From Nitrosopumilaceae archaeon (lineage in GTDB: Archaea > Thermoproteota > Nitrososphaeria > Nitrososphaerales > Nitrosopumilaceae): a DNA stretch of 64,000 bases. The stretch spans positions 1,120,001 to 1,184,000 of the forward strand of contig OZ242274.1 of NCBI GenBank assembly GCA_965207375.1. Direction: 5' to 3'. Numbering within the stretch: position 1 is the first letter of the stretch; each line of letters opens with the position of its first letter. A model generated the notes under the pieces. It saw nothing but the letters and a program-made list of their open reading frames with translations, ran no database searches and was not told the origin of the DNA. Position numbers and translations under genes: made by a program. Positions 1-9,192 of the stretch are shown here, piece by piece.

Positions 1-398
1 TAGTCTACGCAGAACAGCTATTGGGCATGGTGGGACTGTCTGGAAAAGCAACGCGCAAGGCCTACATGCTAAGTGGTGGTGAAAAACGTCGTGTTGCAAT
101 AGCACGTGCCCTAATGCAAAAACCTGACATATTGCTAGCAGATGAGATTGTTTCAGAATTAGATCATGTTACTGCGCATGAAATAATGGATCTAATTGTT
201 GATGCACAAAAAAGACTAGGTCTCACTGCCATTATGGTTCATCATGATATGCAACTTGCATTAGAATATGCAAACAGAGTTGCAGTTATCAAAGAGGGAG
301 AAAAAATATTGGAAATTGGAGTGGAAGGTGACCAAATTGTTGATTTTCAAACGGGTAATCTAACACAAGAAGAAATATTAGAGATGTATGCCAAATGA
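1..398 (+). CDS. phnC: Phosphate/phosphonate ABC transporter ATP-binding subunit (5' end outside the window)
   Basis: ABC signature LSGGEKRRVAIARAL, Walker B ILLADE, H-loop VHH; overlaps the start of a PhnE-like permease; frame is open back to the window start. Confidence 0.85.
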   Translation, partial: VYAEQLLGMVGLSGKATRKAYMLSGGEKRRVAIARALMQKPDILLADEIVSELDHVTAHEIMDLIVDAQKRLGLTAIMVHHDMQLALEYANRVAVIKEGEKILEIGVEGDQIVDFQTGNLTQEEILEMYAK

Positions 399-1183
399 AT
401 CAAAAAAGCAATCTCCTAGTTGGTATAATTATTGCAATTGTGATTGCAGCATCAATTAATGTCGATGCCAACCCTTTAGATTTTGCCCAGGGTCTGCCCA
501 ATCTTGTAATTATTGCACAGGAAATTGCCTTGGGGATAACTGATTTGAGTCTGTTTCAAACCGCCTTTTTTGCAATGTTTGAAACAGTACAGATGGCCTT
601 TATTGGAACAATTGTAGGTGTGGCAATTGCAATGCCTTTGAGCCTGCTTGCTGCTAGAAATCTTAACAGCAAATGGGTTTATGCTCCGATTCGTGCACTG
701 CTTGCTGCCATCCGAACATTTCCGTCAATTCTGTGGGCAATCCTGTTTGTTATAATGGTGGGTTTAGGACCATTTGCTGGAGTGTTGGCAATTATCATGT
801 ATACTATTGGGTTTGTTGCAAAACTACAGTATGAAGCAATTGAAACAATTGATTCAGATCCTATGGATGCAGTAACATCAATTGGTGTAAGCAAGGCTCA
901 GCTTATACGTTATGTTGTAATTCCAGAATCTGCATCTCATCTGTTAAGTCAGGTACTTTACATGTTTGATTATAACGTACGTCAAACAAGCATTTTGGGA
1001 ATTGTAGGTGCAGGAGGTATCGGCTTTTATATTATTAATTATATAAAATTTTTCGAATATGGTAAAGCGGTAATTTTCATGCTGGTAGTTTTGGCTACTG
1101 TACTAGTAATTGATTTGATTAGCGTAAAGATTCGTGACAGATATATTATAAAATCACAACGCGGCATGCAGGTCAAAGCATAG
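395..1183 (+). CDS. phnE: Phosphonate ABC transporter permease
   Basis: Multi-TM; ETVQMAFIGT, IRTFPSILWA, GLGPFAG and NVRQTSILGIVGAGGIG motifs typical of PhnE. Confidence 0.9.
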   Translation: MNQKSNLLVGIIIAIVIAASINVDANPLDFAQGLPNLVIIAQEIALGITDLSLFQTAFFAMFETVQMAFIGTIVGVAIAMPLSLLAARNLNSKWVYAPIRALLAAIRTFPSILWAILFVIMVGLGPFAGVLAIIMYTIGFVAKLQYEAIETIDSDPMDAVTSIGVSKAQLIRYVVIPESASHLLSQVLYMFDYNVRQTSILGIVGAGGIGFYIINYIKFFEYGKAVIFMLVVLATVLVIDLISVKIRDRYIIKSQRGMQVKA

Positions 1184-1412
1184 TTTGCAACCTTTTTGGC
1201 AAATTGATGCTTTTGTAAAAATCCACATGATTTAGCATCAGATGTTGATATGATTGTACAATTTGTTAAATCATAATTTGTCATACTTTAGAATACAACT
1301 GCACACGATCCTACAAAACTTTGGAAAATCTCTATCTGACTAAAAGATTGATCAAACATACTCAATATTTTTGTCTTATATTGGTCATTTAGAATCAAAA
1401 CATTTTTTGTTT

Positions 1413-3179
1413 TTATCGTGTTTCATCTACACAAAATGTTACCTCTGATGAGGATGCAGCACTTGAAGATACCAAAAAATTTAGTGCATTTGCAATTTTG
1501 TCATTATCTGGCTCTGCCCCTGTGACTGAACCCGGAAACACTGTAAATATTCTGACCTGTGATTTTAAAACATCACTTAATTCCTGATTGACAGTTGTAG
1601 TGTATGGTCTTAGTGCTCCTCTAAACACCTCAACTTGCATTCTTTTTATGCCTGGAATTTTTTTACCGGTTGGCAGATCAGGGCCAATAATTAGCATTGA
1701 ACCTGTTGCATTCTTGTACAGTCTGGGATCCTTTCTGCCTCCTGGAACAAAATGTTCCAATGTCTGTTGGGCAACAGTTGCAGGTGTTGTAATGAATTTT
1801 GCAACTAGCTGTTCCCAATCATTTCTTGCTAATTCTACAAGTTTTGCAAACTCTGGCAGTTTGCCGGTTATGTGAACTACTGCTAAGACCTTGCCCATGG
1901 TTTTTTCTACCGTATTTAGCCAACTTGACACCTCTTGAGGATTTGTAATGTCTATCACATGGGAGTGAAATTTTTCACTAATGGAATCTTGTAGTTTTTG
2001 TGGCGTACTGTTTGAAATAAAGCATGCAGTTTTGCCTCCATTTTTCTCCACATATGCTGCTAGGTGTTGCACTCTTGCAGCATCTGTTTGGTCTGTGGCA
2101 TCTACTGTAAACACTATGGTTTTGTCTGTAAAATCTATTTGGTGTACGTTGGGTGTTGCATTTCCAACATGTGCCTTGACTGGATAAAATACTCTGTCTC
2201 CTGGAATTACCTTTCCGTTGATGATCTGTGCTATTTTATCATCACACAAGTTAAGAACTGACTCTGCAACCTGTTCTTGCTTTAGAAATTCTTTATCTGC
2301 AATCATATGTGATGTATTGTTTTGGATTTTTCCTGCAAGTGTTCTGATTTGCTCCAAGAGTCTTGTAAATGTATCAGTTAATTTTGCAACATCTCTTCCG
2401 TTTGCTAACCTTTGTGCAGCTTTTGCAACTCCTTCCTTGTTTACTCCGTCTGCCTGTATGCATTCTAGCAAATCCTCTCTTGTCTCTTCGACTTGTACAG
2501 GACTTAGATCTTCAAACCCTCCGACTCTCATAAATTCAAAAGCAGCCTTTGGATATACTGTTTTGTAAATCCTATCAGAGTGTACTGGACCAGGGTTTGT
2601 AGCTATAGATATGATTCCCTTTTCTGCCAACTCCCATGACATTGCCTCTGCAAGTCTGTTTTTTGCTCCTTGTGCTGCAGTGTATGGAGTTCTGAACCTG
2701 TACGGTCTTTGCTCTAGCGGTCTCTCTTCTGTAAAAAATGTTGAAATTGTAATTATTTTACCTCCTTTTTTCATCACTTTGAGACCCTGAACCGATGTCC
2801 AAAACGTCCCTGTAAGGTGAATTCCTACTGCACTTTTGAACTCATCTAGTACTGCATTTGGAAAACATGTCACAGGACCTGAAACTCCGGCATTGTTAAT
2901 TATGTAATCTATTATAACATCTTCATTTTTTAATGACTCAAACATCTTGTTGATTCCATCAGCATCACTTACATCTACGCCATCAAAAATTTTCACAAAT
3001 GCATTACTTTGTTTTTCAACAATTATTTTTTCTAGTATTTTGGCAGTCTCTGCTAACGGTTCCCTGCGTCTGCCTAAAATTATGACGCTTGCCCCATTTT
3101 CAACAAATTTTTCAGCAATTGTTTTTCCAATGCCTGTTCCACTACCAGTAATTAGGGCTAGTTTGCCTTGAAATTTCAT
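1413..3179 (-). CDS. Tandem SDR oxidoreductase (catalytic SDR + helical insert + degenerate second SDR), malonyl-CoA reductase-like
   Basis: TGSGTGIG Rossmann motif, GRRRE, INNAG, STFF, YRFRTPY, NPGPVHSDRI; second Rossmann-like fold from about residue 345 lacks the glycine motif. Confidence 0.8.
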   Translation of the reverse strand: MKFQGKLALITGSGTGIGKTIAEKFVENGASVIILGRRREPLAETAKILEKIIVEKQSNAFVKIFDGVDVSDADGINKMFESLKNEDVIIDYIINNAGVSGPVTCFPNAVLDEFKSAVGIHLTGTFWTSVQGLKVMKKGGKIITISTFFTEERPLEQRPYRFRTPYTAAQGAKNRLAEAMSWELAEKGIISIATNPGPVHSDRIYKTVYPKAAFEFMRVGGFEDLSPVQVEETREDLLECIQADGVNKEGVAKAAQRLANGRDVAKLTDTFTRLLEQIRTLAGKIQNNTSHMIADKEFLKQEQVAESVLNLCDDKIAQIINGKVIPGDRVFYPVKAHVGNATPNVHQIDFTDKTIVFTVDATDQTDAARVQHLAAYVEKNGGKTACFISNSTPQKLQDSISEKFHSHVIDITNPQEVSSWLNTVEKTMGKVLAVVHITGKLPEFAKLVELARNDWEQLVAKFITTPATVAQQTLEHFVPGGRKDPRLYKNATGSMLIIGPDLPTGKKIPGIKRMQVEVFRGALRPYTTTVNQELSDVLKSQVRIFTVFPGSVTGAEPDNDKIANALNFLVSSSAASSSEVTFCVDETR

Positions 3180-3435
3180 GGATAAAGTTTACTATAATCT
3201 GTGATATTTATTTGGATTGATCCCAAGGGTAAAGTTTGTATCTGTGCCTTGAATTATCTAGTATCAACAGTTTGTTACATACTACAGCCAAATCCAAACA
3301 ACTGATTTTACTGTGTTTTTTTGTGAACCTTGCCATGTGTATGAATTTGCACAGTCCTGTTGATCTCTAGAAAAACTTTAAGATCTTGTCTGATTTTTCT
3401 GATATGTTTATTTGTGGGTTTGATTTGTAAAAATT

Positions 3436-3672
3436 GTGCACGATTCTGAGCCTGACACCTTTGATCTAAAGACTATACCTGAAACTTATTCTGATCTGTT
3501 AAGGAAGATAGGAGTTGATTCTGTCGTTAAAGACATTGGAACCGACGATGTAGAAAAAGGCGACTATTACAGCAGACACTTTACCAACTCTCCAAGAATG
3601 ATTACCAACAAGGGATGCATTGACATATCAAACTCTAATATTGATATAGTTCATCTTATTCAAAAGGGATAG
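3436..3672 (+). CDS. Hypothetical protein
   Basis: 78-aa ORF, GTG start, 3 nt upstream of the next ORF. Confidence 0.6.
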   Translation: MHDSEPDTFDLKTIPETYSDLLRKIGVDSVVKDIGTDDVEKGDYYSRHFTNSPRMITNKGCIDISNSNIDIVHLIQKG

Positions 3673-3675
3673 CAA

Positions 3676-4050
3676 ATGCAAGACACTGATCCATTACCAT
3701 GGGGAGCCCTAGACAGATTCCAGGCACATTTTATTGTAAAAAAAGAAACAGACTCTAATGTGATTGATTATCTTGCTCGGGCAGAACTAGACACCAATGG
3801 GCATTTTGGCAGAAAAAAAATCATCTCTATTAGCTGGAACGGTGGCAAATTGGCATCTGCCCTAAATGACGACTCTGAATTAAACCAAATGATTGCTCAT
3901 CAGCCAATTAACCAGGCAAGCATTGTTGTAGAACCCACCGATAATGTAGTTAGGATTTATAGTAAATGGCAAAACAGAGATGATCTTGGCATTTCAAAAG
4001 AGATGTTTGAAATCTATAACCGCATTGCAGGACACATAAAAAACCTCTAG
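3676..4050 (+). CDS. Hypothetical protein
   Basis: 124-aa ORF with normal composition, convergent with endA. Confidence 0.65.
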   Translation: MQDTDPLPWGALDRFQAHFIVKKETDSNVIDYLARAELDTNGHFGRKKIISISWNGGKLASALNDDSELNQMIAHQPINQASIVVEPTDNVVRIYSKWQNRDDLGISKEMFEIYNRIAGHIKNL

Positions 4051-4580
4051 GCCCTCCACCAATCTAATGCAAGAAAATCCACATCATTGGTTCTAGGTAT
4101 TGCCAAAATGAATTGTTTTCTTACAGTAGTTGCAAGCCTTCCTGCAAGCACTACTCCTGTAGCCGTTATTGGTTCTCTGGAATTGCATACCTGTACCAGA
4201 TATGGCGCATGTTCTAGTCCGGGGCCTTTTTGATACACTGCAAAATCACATCCAAACTTTATGCCTGGATTTACAATGTATCCTCGGTCCCTGAAATTTT
4301 TATAAACTTGATATTTTTTGTCAAAATTATAATATTGTTGACTGCAAATCTTTTGCATTTTTTTAATTCCTATTTTGCTTTTTAAACTTGTGATTTTAAT
4401 TTTGCCTTTTTCTAACAGATAGCATCCTTCAATCAAATCTAAAATTAACGGTACGTTAATTTCTTCAGGTTTTGGCTTTGGCATTCCTATAGGCTTTCCA
4501 TAATATCCACTAGAAAATAATTTTTTGGAATCTGCAATGTTCCATACTATTATCCTGTTGTCTATTAGTTCAGCCTTCAC
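4047..4580 (-). CDS. endA: tRNA-intron endonuclease (catalytic subunit)
   Basis: VYKNFRDRGYIVNPGIKFGCDFAVYQKGPGLEHAPYLV and RLATTVRK carry the catalytic Y/H/K. Confidence 0.92.
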   Translation of the reverse strand: MKAELIDNRIIVWNIADSKKLFSSGYYGKPIGMPKPKPEEINVPLILDLIEGCYLLEKGKIKITSLKSKIGIKKMQKICSQQYYNFDKKYQVYKNFRDRGYIVNPGIKFGCDFAVYQKGPGLEHAPYLVQVCNSREPITATGVVLAGRLATTVRKQFILAIPRTNDVDFLALDWWRA

Positions 4581-4711
4581 ATTTGTTGGTACTGTTTAGA
4601 TCTATATGATGGTAGTCCTCTAGTCTCTACATATTGTTTTGTAAATCCTAGATTACAGGTATCTCAAACATGTATCTAGAATTTAAACAAACTAGAGAAA
4701 AATTGTATGTT

Positions 4712-5365
4712 CTACAGACTTAGTGCAAGCAATATGAACGAATCTGAAACCCGCTGACACTTGTCTGCCATCTCTTCGATTCCCTCAATTACATCCTTCA
4801 TCAGCAAGAGTTCCTTTGTGTTGGTAATCTCAGTTAGGAGTTTGAGCGTTGCCTGTCTGTACTTTGTATCTATCTCTCTTTCAATTTTTTGCGTTTCCTG
4901 TGCCAGCTCAATTGCACTAGCAGAGTTGTTGTTGAGATTTCTTATTATCTCATTGAGTTTGTAGACCTCGTCTACTACCAGCTCAATTAGTACCGTTAAA
5001 TCCTTGTCTAGTTTTGAATTTTTCAATGTTGCAGGCTTTACATTTGCCAGCTTGAATGAAATTCCGGTTATGTATCCTGCAATCTCATCCATGGTATATG
5101 CCGTATTTAGAAGGTTTTCTCTGTTCATGATGAGGCCTCCAACATCTGCAACCTCGCGCGTAATCTTGCGCCTCAATGTTTCTACCTCCTCTTCAATACT
5201 TGAGATCTGTTCTAGTGCATTTTTGATGCCTGTTTTATCCTTATTCATCATGAGGTTTGGTAGTGTTGCTAGCTCCCTTGATGCATTTAGAATGCGATTG
5301 ATTTCGTCTTGAAGAACTGCAATTGCCTTTCGTTTAGCTTGAACCTCAAGCTCGCCGCTATACAT
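4712..5365 (-). CDS. DUF47/PhoU-like phosphate transport regulator
   Basis: Two helical repeats (IEEEVETLRR, IEREIDTKYR, IEEMADKC). Start placed at MYSGE (5365) because the longer ORF extension runs into a MITE. Confidence 0.8.
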   Translation of the reverse strand: MYSGELEVQAKRKAIAVLQDEINRILNASRELATLPNLMMNKDKTGIKNALEQISSIEEEVETLRRKITREVADVGGLIMNRENLLNTAYTMDEIAGYITGISFKLANVKPATLKNSKLDKDLTVLIELVVDEVYKLNEIIRNLNNNSASAIELAQETQKIEREIDTKYRQATLKLLTEITNTKELLLMKDVIEGIEEMADKCQRVSDSFILLALSL

Positions 5366-5412
5366 GTGAAAATTGATAATTTTAAGACTATAATTAAATC
5401 CTCTGATGTTTT

Positions 5413-5512
5413 CAGCTAAGCAAAATGTGACCCAAATTCTTGATCTACCTCCGTCTTTCTCTCCATTTTGGGATAGATTTTGGCCTGTTTTACCCATATT
5501 TCGCTTTAGCTG
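5413..5512. mobile_element. ~100-bp MITE-like element, copy 1
   Basis: Imperfect terminal inverted repeats CAGCTAAGCAAAATGTGACCC ... TACCCATATTTCGCTTTAGCTG; a homologous inverted copy lies at 61230-61328. Confidence 0.75.
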
Positions 5513-5625
5513 ATATTAGGCAGTTTTTGGGCTTGTAGGAAATGTGCATTGTACTATCATAAAGCAAGCAGGTTTTATTGTGTAACCTGATTTCATTTAT
5601 GAATAATTCTGATGACTGATTCGTA

Positions 5626-5943
5626 TTATGTTTCTAGTGGTTCTATCTCTTCTGCTTTTTGCATTGCCTTTTTACTCAACGCATTATCCATCGATATTAT
5701 CTGTTTTACAAACACACTGTCCTTGTTTAATGTATATAGTGTTGTGTTGCCATACTTTCTTTTTGGTATGACTATCTTTAGTCTCTCAAGCTCAGGCCAT
5801 ACCTTGTATAGTGTAGTCTTTGAGATGCCTGTGCCCTCTAGAATCTCTTTTTTAGAATAATCGCTTCTGTTGTCCAGAAAAAAGTCAACTATTCTCAGAT
5901 TTGGCGTATCACCAAGATATCTCATCAGCAGCGTTGTATCCAT
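5626..5943 (-). CDS. Winged-helix DNA-binding protein (archaeal ArsR/MarR-like)
   Basis: LGDTPNLRIVDFFL-DYSKKEILEGTGISKTTLYKVWPELERLKIV-KRKYGNTTLYTLN wHTH pattern. Confidence 0.8.
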   Translation of the reverse strand: MDTTLLMRYLGDTPNLRIVDFFLDNRSDYSKKEILEGTGISKTTLYKVWPELERLKIVIPKRKYGNTTLYTLNKDSVFVKQIISMDNALSKKAMQKAEEIEPLET

Positions 5944-5996
5944 GTTTCATATTGTGAGTAAAAAGTATTTAATTATGTCTACCAAAGGTACTAAAA

Positions 5997-6299
5997 GTGA
6001 ACCTGTCTGAATTCACAGATGAGCAGATAATGGCACGCCTGATACTAAAGTTGTACAGGCGTGGAAACTGGGGCAAAAGCCATACAAGCTTTGAGAACCT
6101 AAAGAAGGGATTTAGTCAAAGGGATCTGGGCAAAAAAGGCATCAAGCGGGTAGACAAGATATCTGAGAATATGATAAAATCAGGATTATTACACTCAAAA
6201 TCTACAGGCTATGGCTTTGAGGTAAGCCTAGAGTTTACAAGAAAAGACGAGCTTCTTGCAATAGCACGACGTGTCTTTCCTGATGAAGATCTTGCCTAG
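5997..6299 (+). CDS. Basic uncharacterised archaeal protein, divergent partner of the wHTH gene
   Basis: 100-aa ORF with WGKSHT and KSTGYGFEVSL motifs; GTG start 53 nt from the divergent gene. Confidence 0.65.
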   Translation: MNLSEFTDEQIMARLILKLYRRGNWGKSHTSFENLKKGFSQRDLGKKGIKRVDKISENMIKSGLLHSKSTGYGFEVSLEFTRKDELLAIARRVFPDEDLA

Positions 6300-6451
6300 A
6301 ATGTTGATTCAGGTAATGCCATCTTCTTTGCATCTTTAAATTCATCATAATATTCAGCTGGAATGGTAAACTTTGCGTCTATTGTGGATGGTTTTGTCCC
6401 CCAAAAGAGTCATCACATTTCTTCCAATGGCAACTAGAGTGTTTTTGTGTT
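6296..6451 (-). pseudogene. Frameshifted 3' gene remnant cut by the IS66 left end (weakly IS110-like)
   Basis: Minus strand reads QHKNTLVAIGRNVMTLL, then shifts to GTKPSTIDAKFTIPAEYYDEFKDAKKMALPESTF*. Confidence 0.3.
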
Positions 6452-6859
6452 GTAACATTCCCACTTTCTAAAGTTCCTTATATAGTCAGGCAGTAAAGCA
6501 TAAGGATCACCACTATCAGAATAAAATTATGATGCCAGGATTTGATCTTGAGGAAATAGATTGGAGAAATTCTAATGTCAACAAGCTTTTCGAGGTTCTT
6601 ACTGAAAAATTTGATCAAATGGATAAACAAATGAAAGATCTGCAAAAAGACAATCATCTAAAAGATGTAAAAAGCGAACAAGTGCTTGCAGAAAACAAAC
6701 AAGTAATTACAGAAAATAAACAACTAAAAGAAGAAATTGTTCAACTAAAAAAAAACTCATAACAAAGCTGCAAAAGAAAAAAACAAGATCTAGTCATGTC
6801 AGTATCTATAACACCAGAGAGTACAAGGGATACCCAAAGATCAAAAAACAAAAGATGCA
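6452..6859 (+). mobile_element. Older truncated copy of the IS66 element (left end + frameshifted 5' transposase, ORF 6529-6762); about 26 more nt resume at 8554-8579
   Basis: Near-identical to the sequence starting at 6860 (GTAACATTCCCACTTTCT). Has a 7-codon duplication and A9 instead of A7, which shifts the frame. Confidence 0.9.
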
Positions 6860-8553
6860 GTAACATTCCCACTTTCTAAAGTTCCTTATATAGTCAGGCA
6901 GTAAAGCATAAGGATCACCACTATCAGCATAAAATATGCTGCCAGGATTTGATCTTGAGGGAATAGATTGGAAGAATCCCGATGTCAACAGGCTTTTCGA
7001 GGTTCTTACTGAAAAATTTGATCAAATGGATAAACAAATTAAAGATCTACAAAAAGACAATCATCTAAAAGATGTAAAAAGTGAACAAGTGATTGCAGAA
7101 AATAAACAGCTAAAAGAAGAAATGGTTCAACTAAAAAAACTCATAGCAAAGCTGCAAAAGAAAAAAACAAGATCCAGTCATGTCAGTAGCTATAACACCA
7201 GAGAGTACAAGGGATACCCAAAGATCAAAAAACAAAAGACACAGCCAAAATATACACAGCAAGAATCTGAGACTAACAATCTAACCATAGATCACAAGTT
7301 TTGTCCACAATGTGGTAATGCTCTTGCAGATTCATCAAGCAAATACACCAGAAACGGTGAATCAATAATAGACGGCAAATGGTCTAACGTCAATATGACC
7401 ATTGTAGGCAGATACTGCAAAAAATGTGCACAAATGCAATATGCAAAACCTGTTGACTTTTTGTCCAATGAAAAATTTAGCATCACTATAATGGCAAGAA
7501 TTTCTACAATGAGACACCTGACTATATCGTATGGCAAAATACAGAAACTCTTGCAGATGTTTTACGGCAAAAATATGGCAATCTCTACACTAGAAAGACT
7601 TGATGCGCAAGCCTCAAAATGCCTAGAACCGCTCTACTATTCGCTTCTTGATGAGATTACCAAGGCAAAAATCGTAGGAGGTGATGAAACAGGATGGTAT
7701 CTAAACGGCAAACTATGCTGGGCATGGGTGTTTCATTCGATATACACGGTAGTATATCACATCTCACAATCTAGAAGCAAAATGGTATCTGAGACGTTTC
7801 TAAAGGATTTTGAGGGCATACTAATGGGTGACTCTCATCCTGGATGGAGTGTTGCAGACATACTTCAAAAATGCCTGCTACACTATTTCAGGGACATGTA
7901 CAGAACGCTTGAAAAAAATGACAAAAAAGAATTTCAGAGCTTCTTTGATGAACTATACAAGATACTAAAATCTGCAATAAAGCTTGGCAAAAAACATGAC
8001 ACAGTACAGGACATTACAAAGGGCAGTATAACCAAACTGCAAAAAAGAATCAATGCACTTGCTACAGGAACATATGAGGATGAAGATTGTCTCAGATATG
8101 TAAAGCGACTAAAGCGTGAGGGTAACTCTTTGCTGACATTTCTAAAATATGATGGCGTGCCGTACCACAACAACGCAAGCGAGCAGGCAATGCGCATATT
8201 TGCCATAATGCGAAAAGTATTCTACGGTAGTCGCTCAGAGAAAGGCCTCAAAACCACAGAGATACGTCAAAGCATATTTGCCACATGTGAAAGGCGCGAT
8301 GTAAATCCGTATCCGTTTGTCAAGGAATATCTGCGTGGCAATATCAAAGAAATCCCCATTCCAAAAGTCACAGTTGCTGCATGATATAATCAAATGTACA
8401 GTGTATAATACACAAAATTTGATGCTGTATGATCATTTCTATAGTCTGGATATGTTCTGTGCCGGTTCATTGTCGTAAACTGCACTAGGGTTTTACATGC
8501 AGTTTCATGGATCATCTAAAAACCAGAGTAACTTCAGAAGGTCGATCTGTTAC
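6860..8553 (+). mobile_element. IS66-family (ISBst12-group) insertion sequence, 1694 bp
   Basis: Ends GTAACATTCCCACTTTCT / AGAAGGTCGATCTGTTAC (imperfect 18-bp IR); 8-bp direct repeat AAGATGCA at 6852-6859 and 8554-8561. Confidence 0.92.
6936..8384 (+). CDS. IS66-family transposase (single ORF)
   Basis: N-terminal coiled coil, CPQC/CKKC zinc finger, GGDETGW, MGDS, LQKCLLHYFR, HNNASEQAMR. Confidence 0.93.
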   Translation: MLPGFDLEGIDWKNPDVNRLFEVLTEKFDQMDKQIKDLQKDNHLKDVKSEQVIAENKQLKEEMVQLKKLIAKLQKKKTRSSHVSSYNTREYKGYPKIKKQKTQPKYTQQESETNNLTIDHKFCPQCGNALADSSSKYTRNGESIIDGKWSNVNMTIVGRYCKKCAQMQYAKPVDFLSNEKFSITIMARISTMRHLTISYGKIQKLLQMFYGKNMAISTLERLDAQASKCLEPLYYSLLDEITKAKIVGGDETGWYLNGKLCWAWVFHSIYTVVYHISQSRSKMVSETFLKDFEGILMGDSHPGWSVADILQKCLLHYFRDMYRTLEKNDKKEFQSFFDELYKILKSAIKLGKKHDTVQDITKGSITKLQKRINALATGTYEDEDCLRYVKRLKREGNSLLTFLKYDGVPYHNNASEQAMRIFAIMRKVFYGSRSEKGLKTTEIRQSIFATCERRDVNPYPFVKEYLRGNIKEIPIPKVTVAA

Positions 8554-8660
8554 AAGATGCAGCCAAAATATGCGCAGCATATTGTGGCGGTTGAATCAGA
8601 TGGCCTGACTGAGGAAGGGTATCTGGATGGCAGTAGACACGCATAAAAAATAACTACGGA

Positions 8661-8918
8661 TCACCTCTCAGGGCTTCCGACAGGATTTTCACCCCGTCTC
8701 TCCTTGAATTTTTTGCGTTCCTGGTTGTATCGGGATGGTTTTGATGTGGGCATGTTGACACTATCATAAAACGCAAAAAGTTTTGTGTGCTCATCAATCC
8801 TTTTTGCCTGCGTCTGTATTGTTACTGCTTGTTCCTGCACTGTGCCTGTCAGAGCGTTCATTTTATCATGTAATTTGTTAATCTCTTTGTGTAGGATCAC
8901 AACCTCGGATTCGGTCAT
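8661..8918 (-). pseudogene. N-terminal fragment of a second IS66-like transposase
   Basis: Coiled coil followed by YDSVNMPTSKPS (NSSxPPS-like) and a basic stretch, then a stop; possible left end GTACAAACTCAGG near 9019. Confidence 0.6.
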
Positions 8919-9066
8919 ACGATACAGTGATACATGATATCATCAAAGAGCTTTGGCCTAGTTTTGTATACTTTTATCAAAATCATTTCAACCTTGATTT
9001 GGGCGACCTGAGTTTGTACAACTAAATCTACCAAATCCGTTTTAATCCGATATTAATATGAATAAT

Positions 9067-9192
9067 ATGTCAAAGGCAAGACAGATAGATGATCTCACTC
9101 CAGAGGAGATAAAAGATATTGAGGAGTATAGAAAATCAAATGACATCGAAAGGAAAACACTACAAGAGATTATAGAGGAACTCAATGGATAA
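9067..9192 (+). CDS. Small acidic antitoxin-like protein (41 aa, not in the ORF track)
   Basis: MSKARQIDDLTPEEIKDIEEYRKSNDIERKTLQEIIEELNG*; TAATG overlap with the RelE-like gene. Confidence 0.65.
   Translation: MSKARQIDDLTPEEIKDIEEYRKSNDIERKTLQEIIEELNG

Noticed and set aside
5366-5497. 44-aa N-terminal extension of the DUF47 ORF
   Set aside because: It reads through the promoter and the MITE, so it is probably spurious
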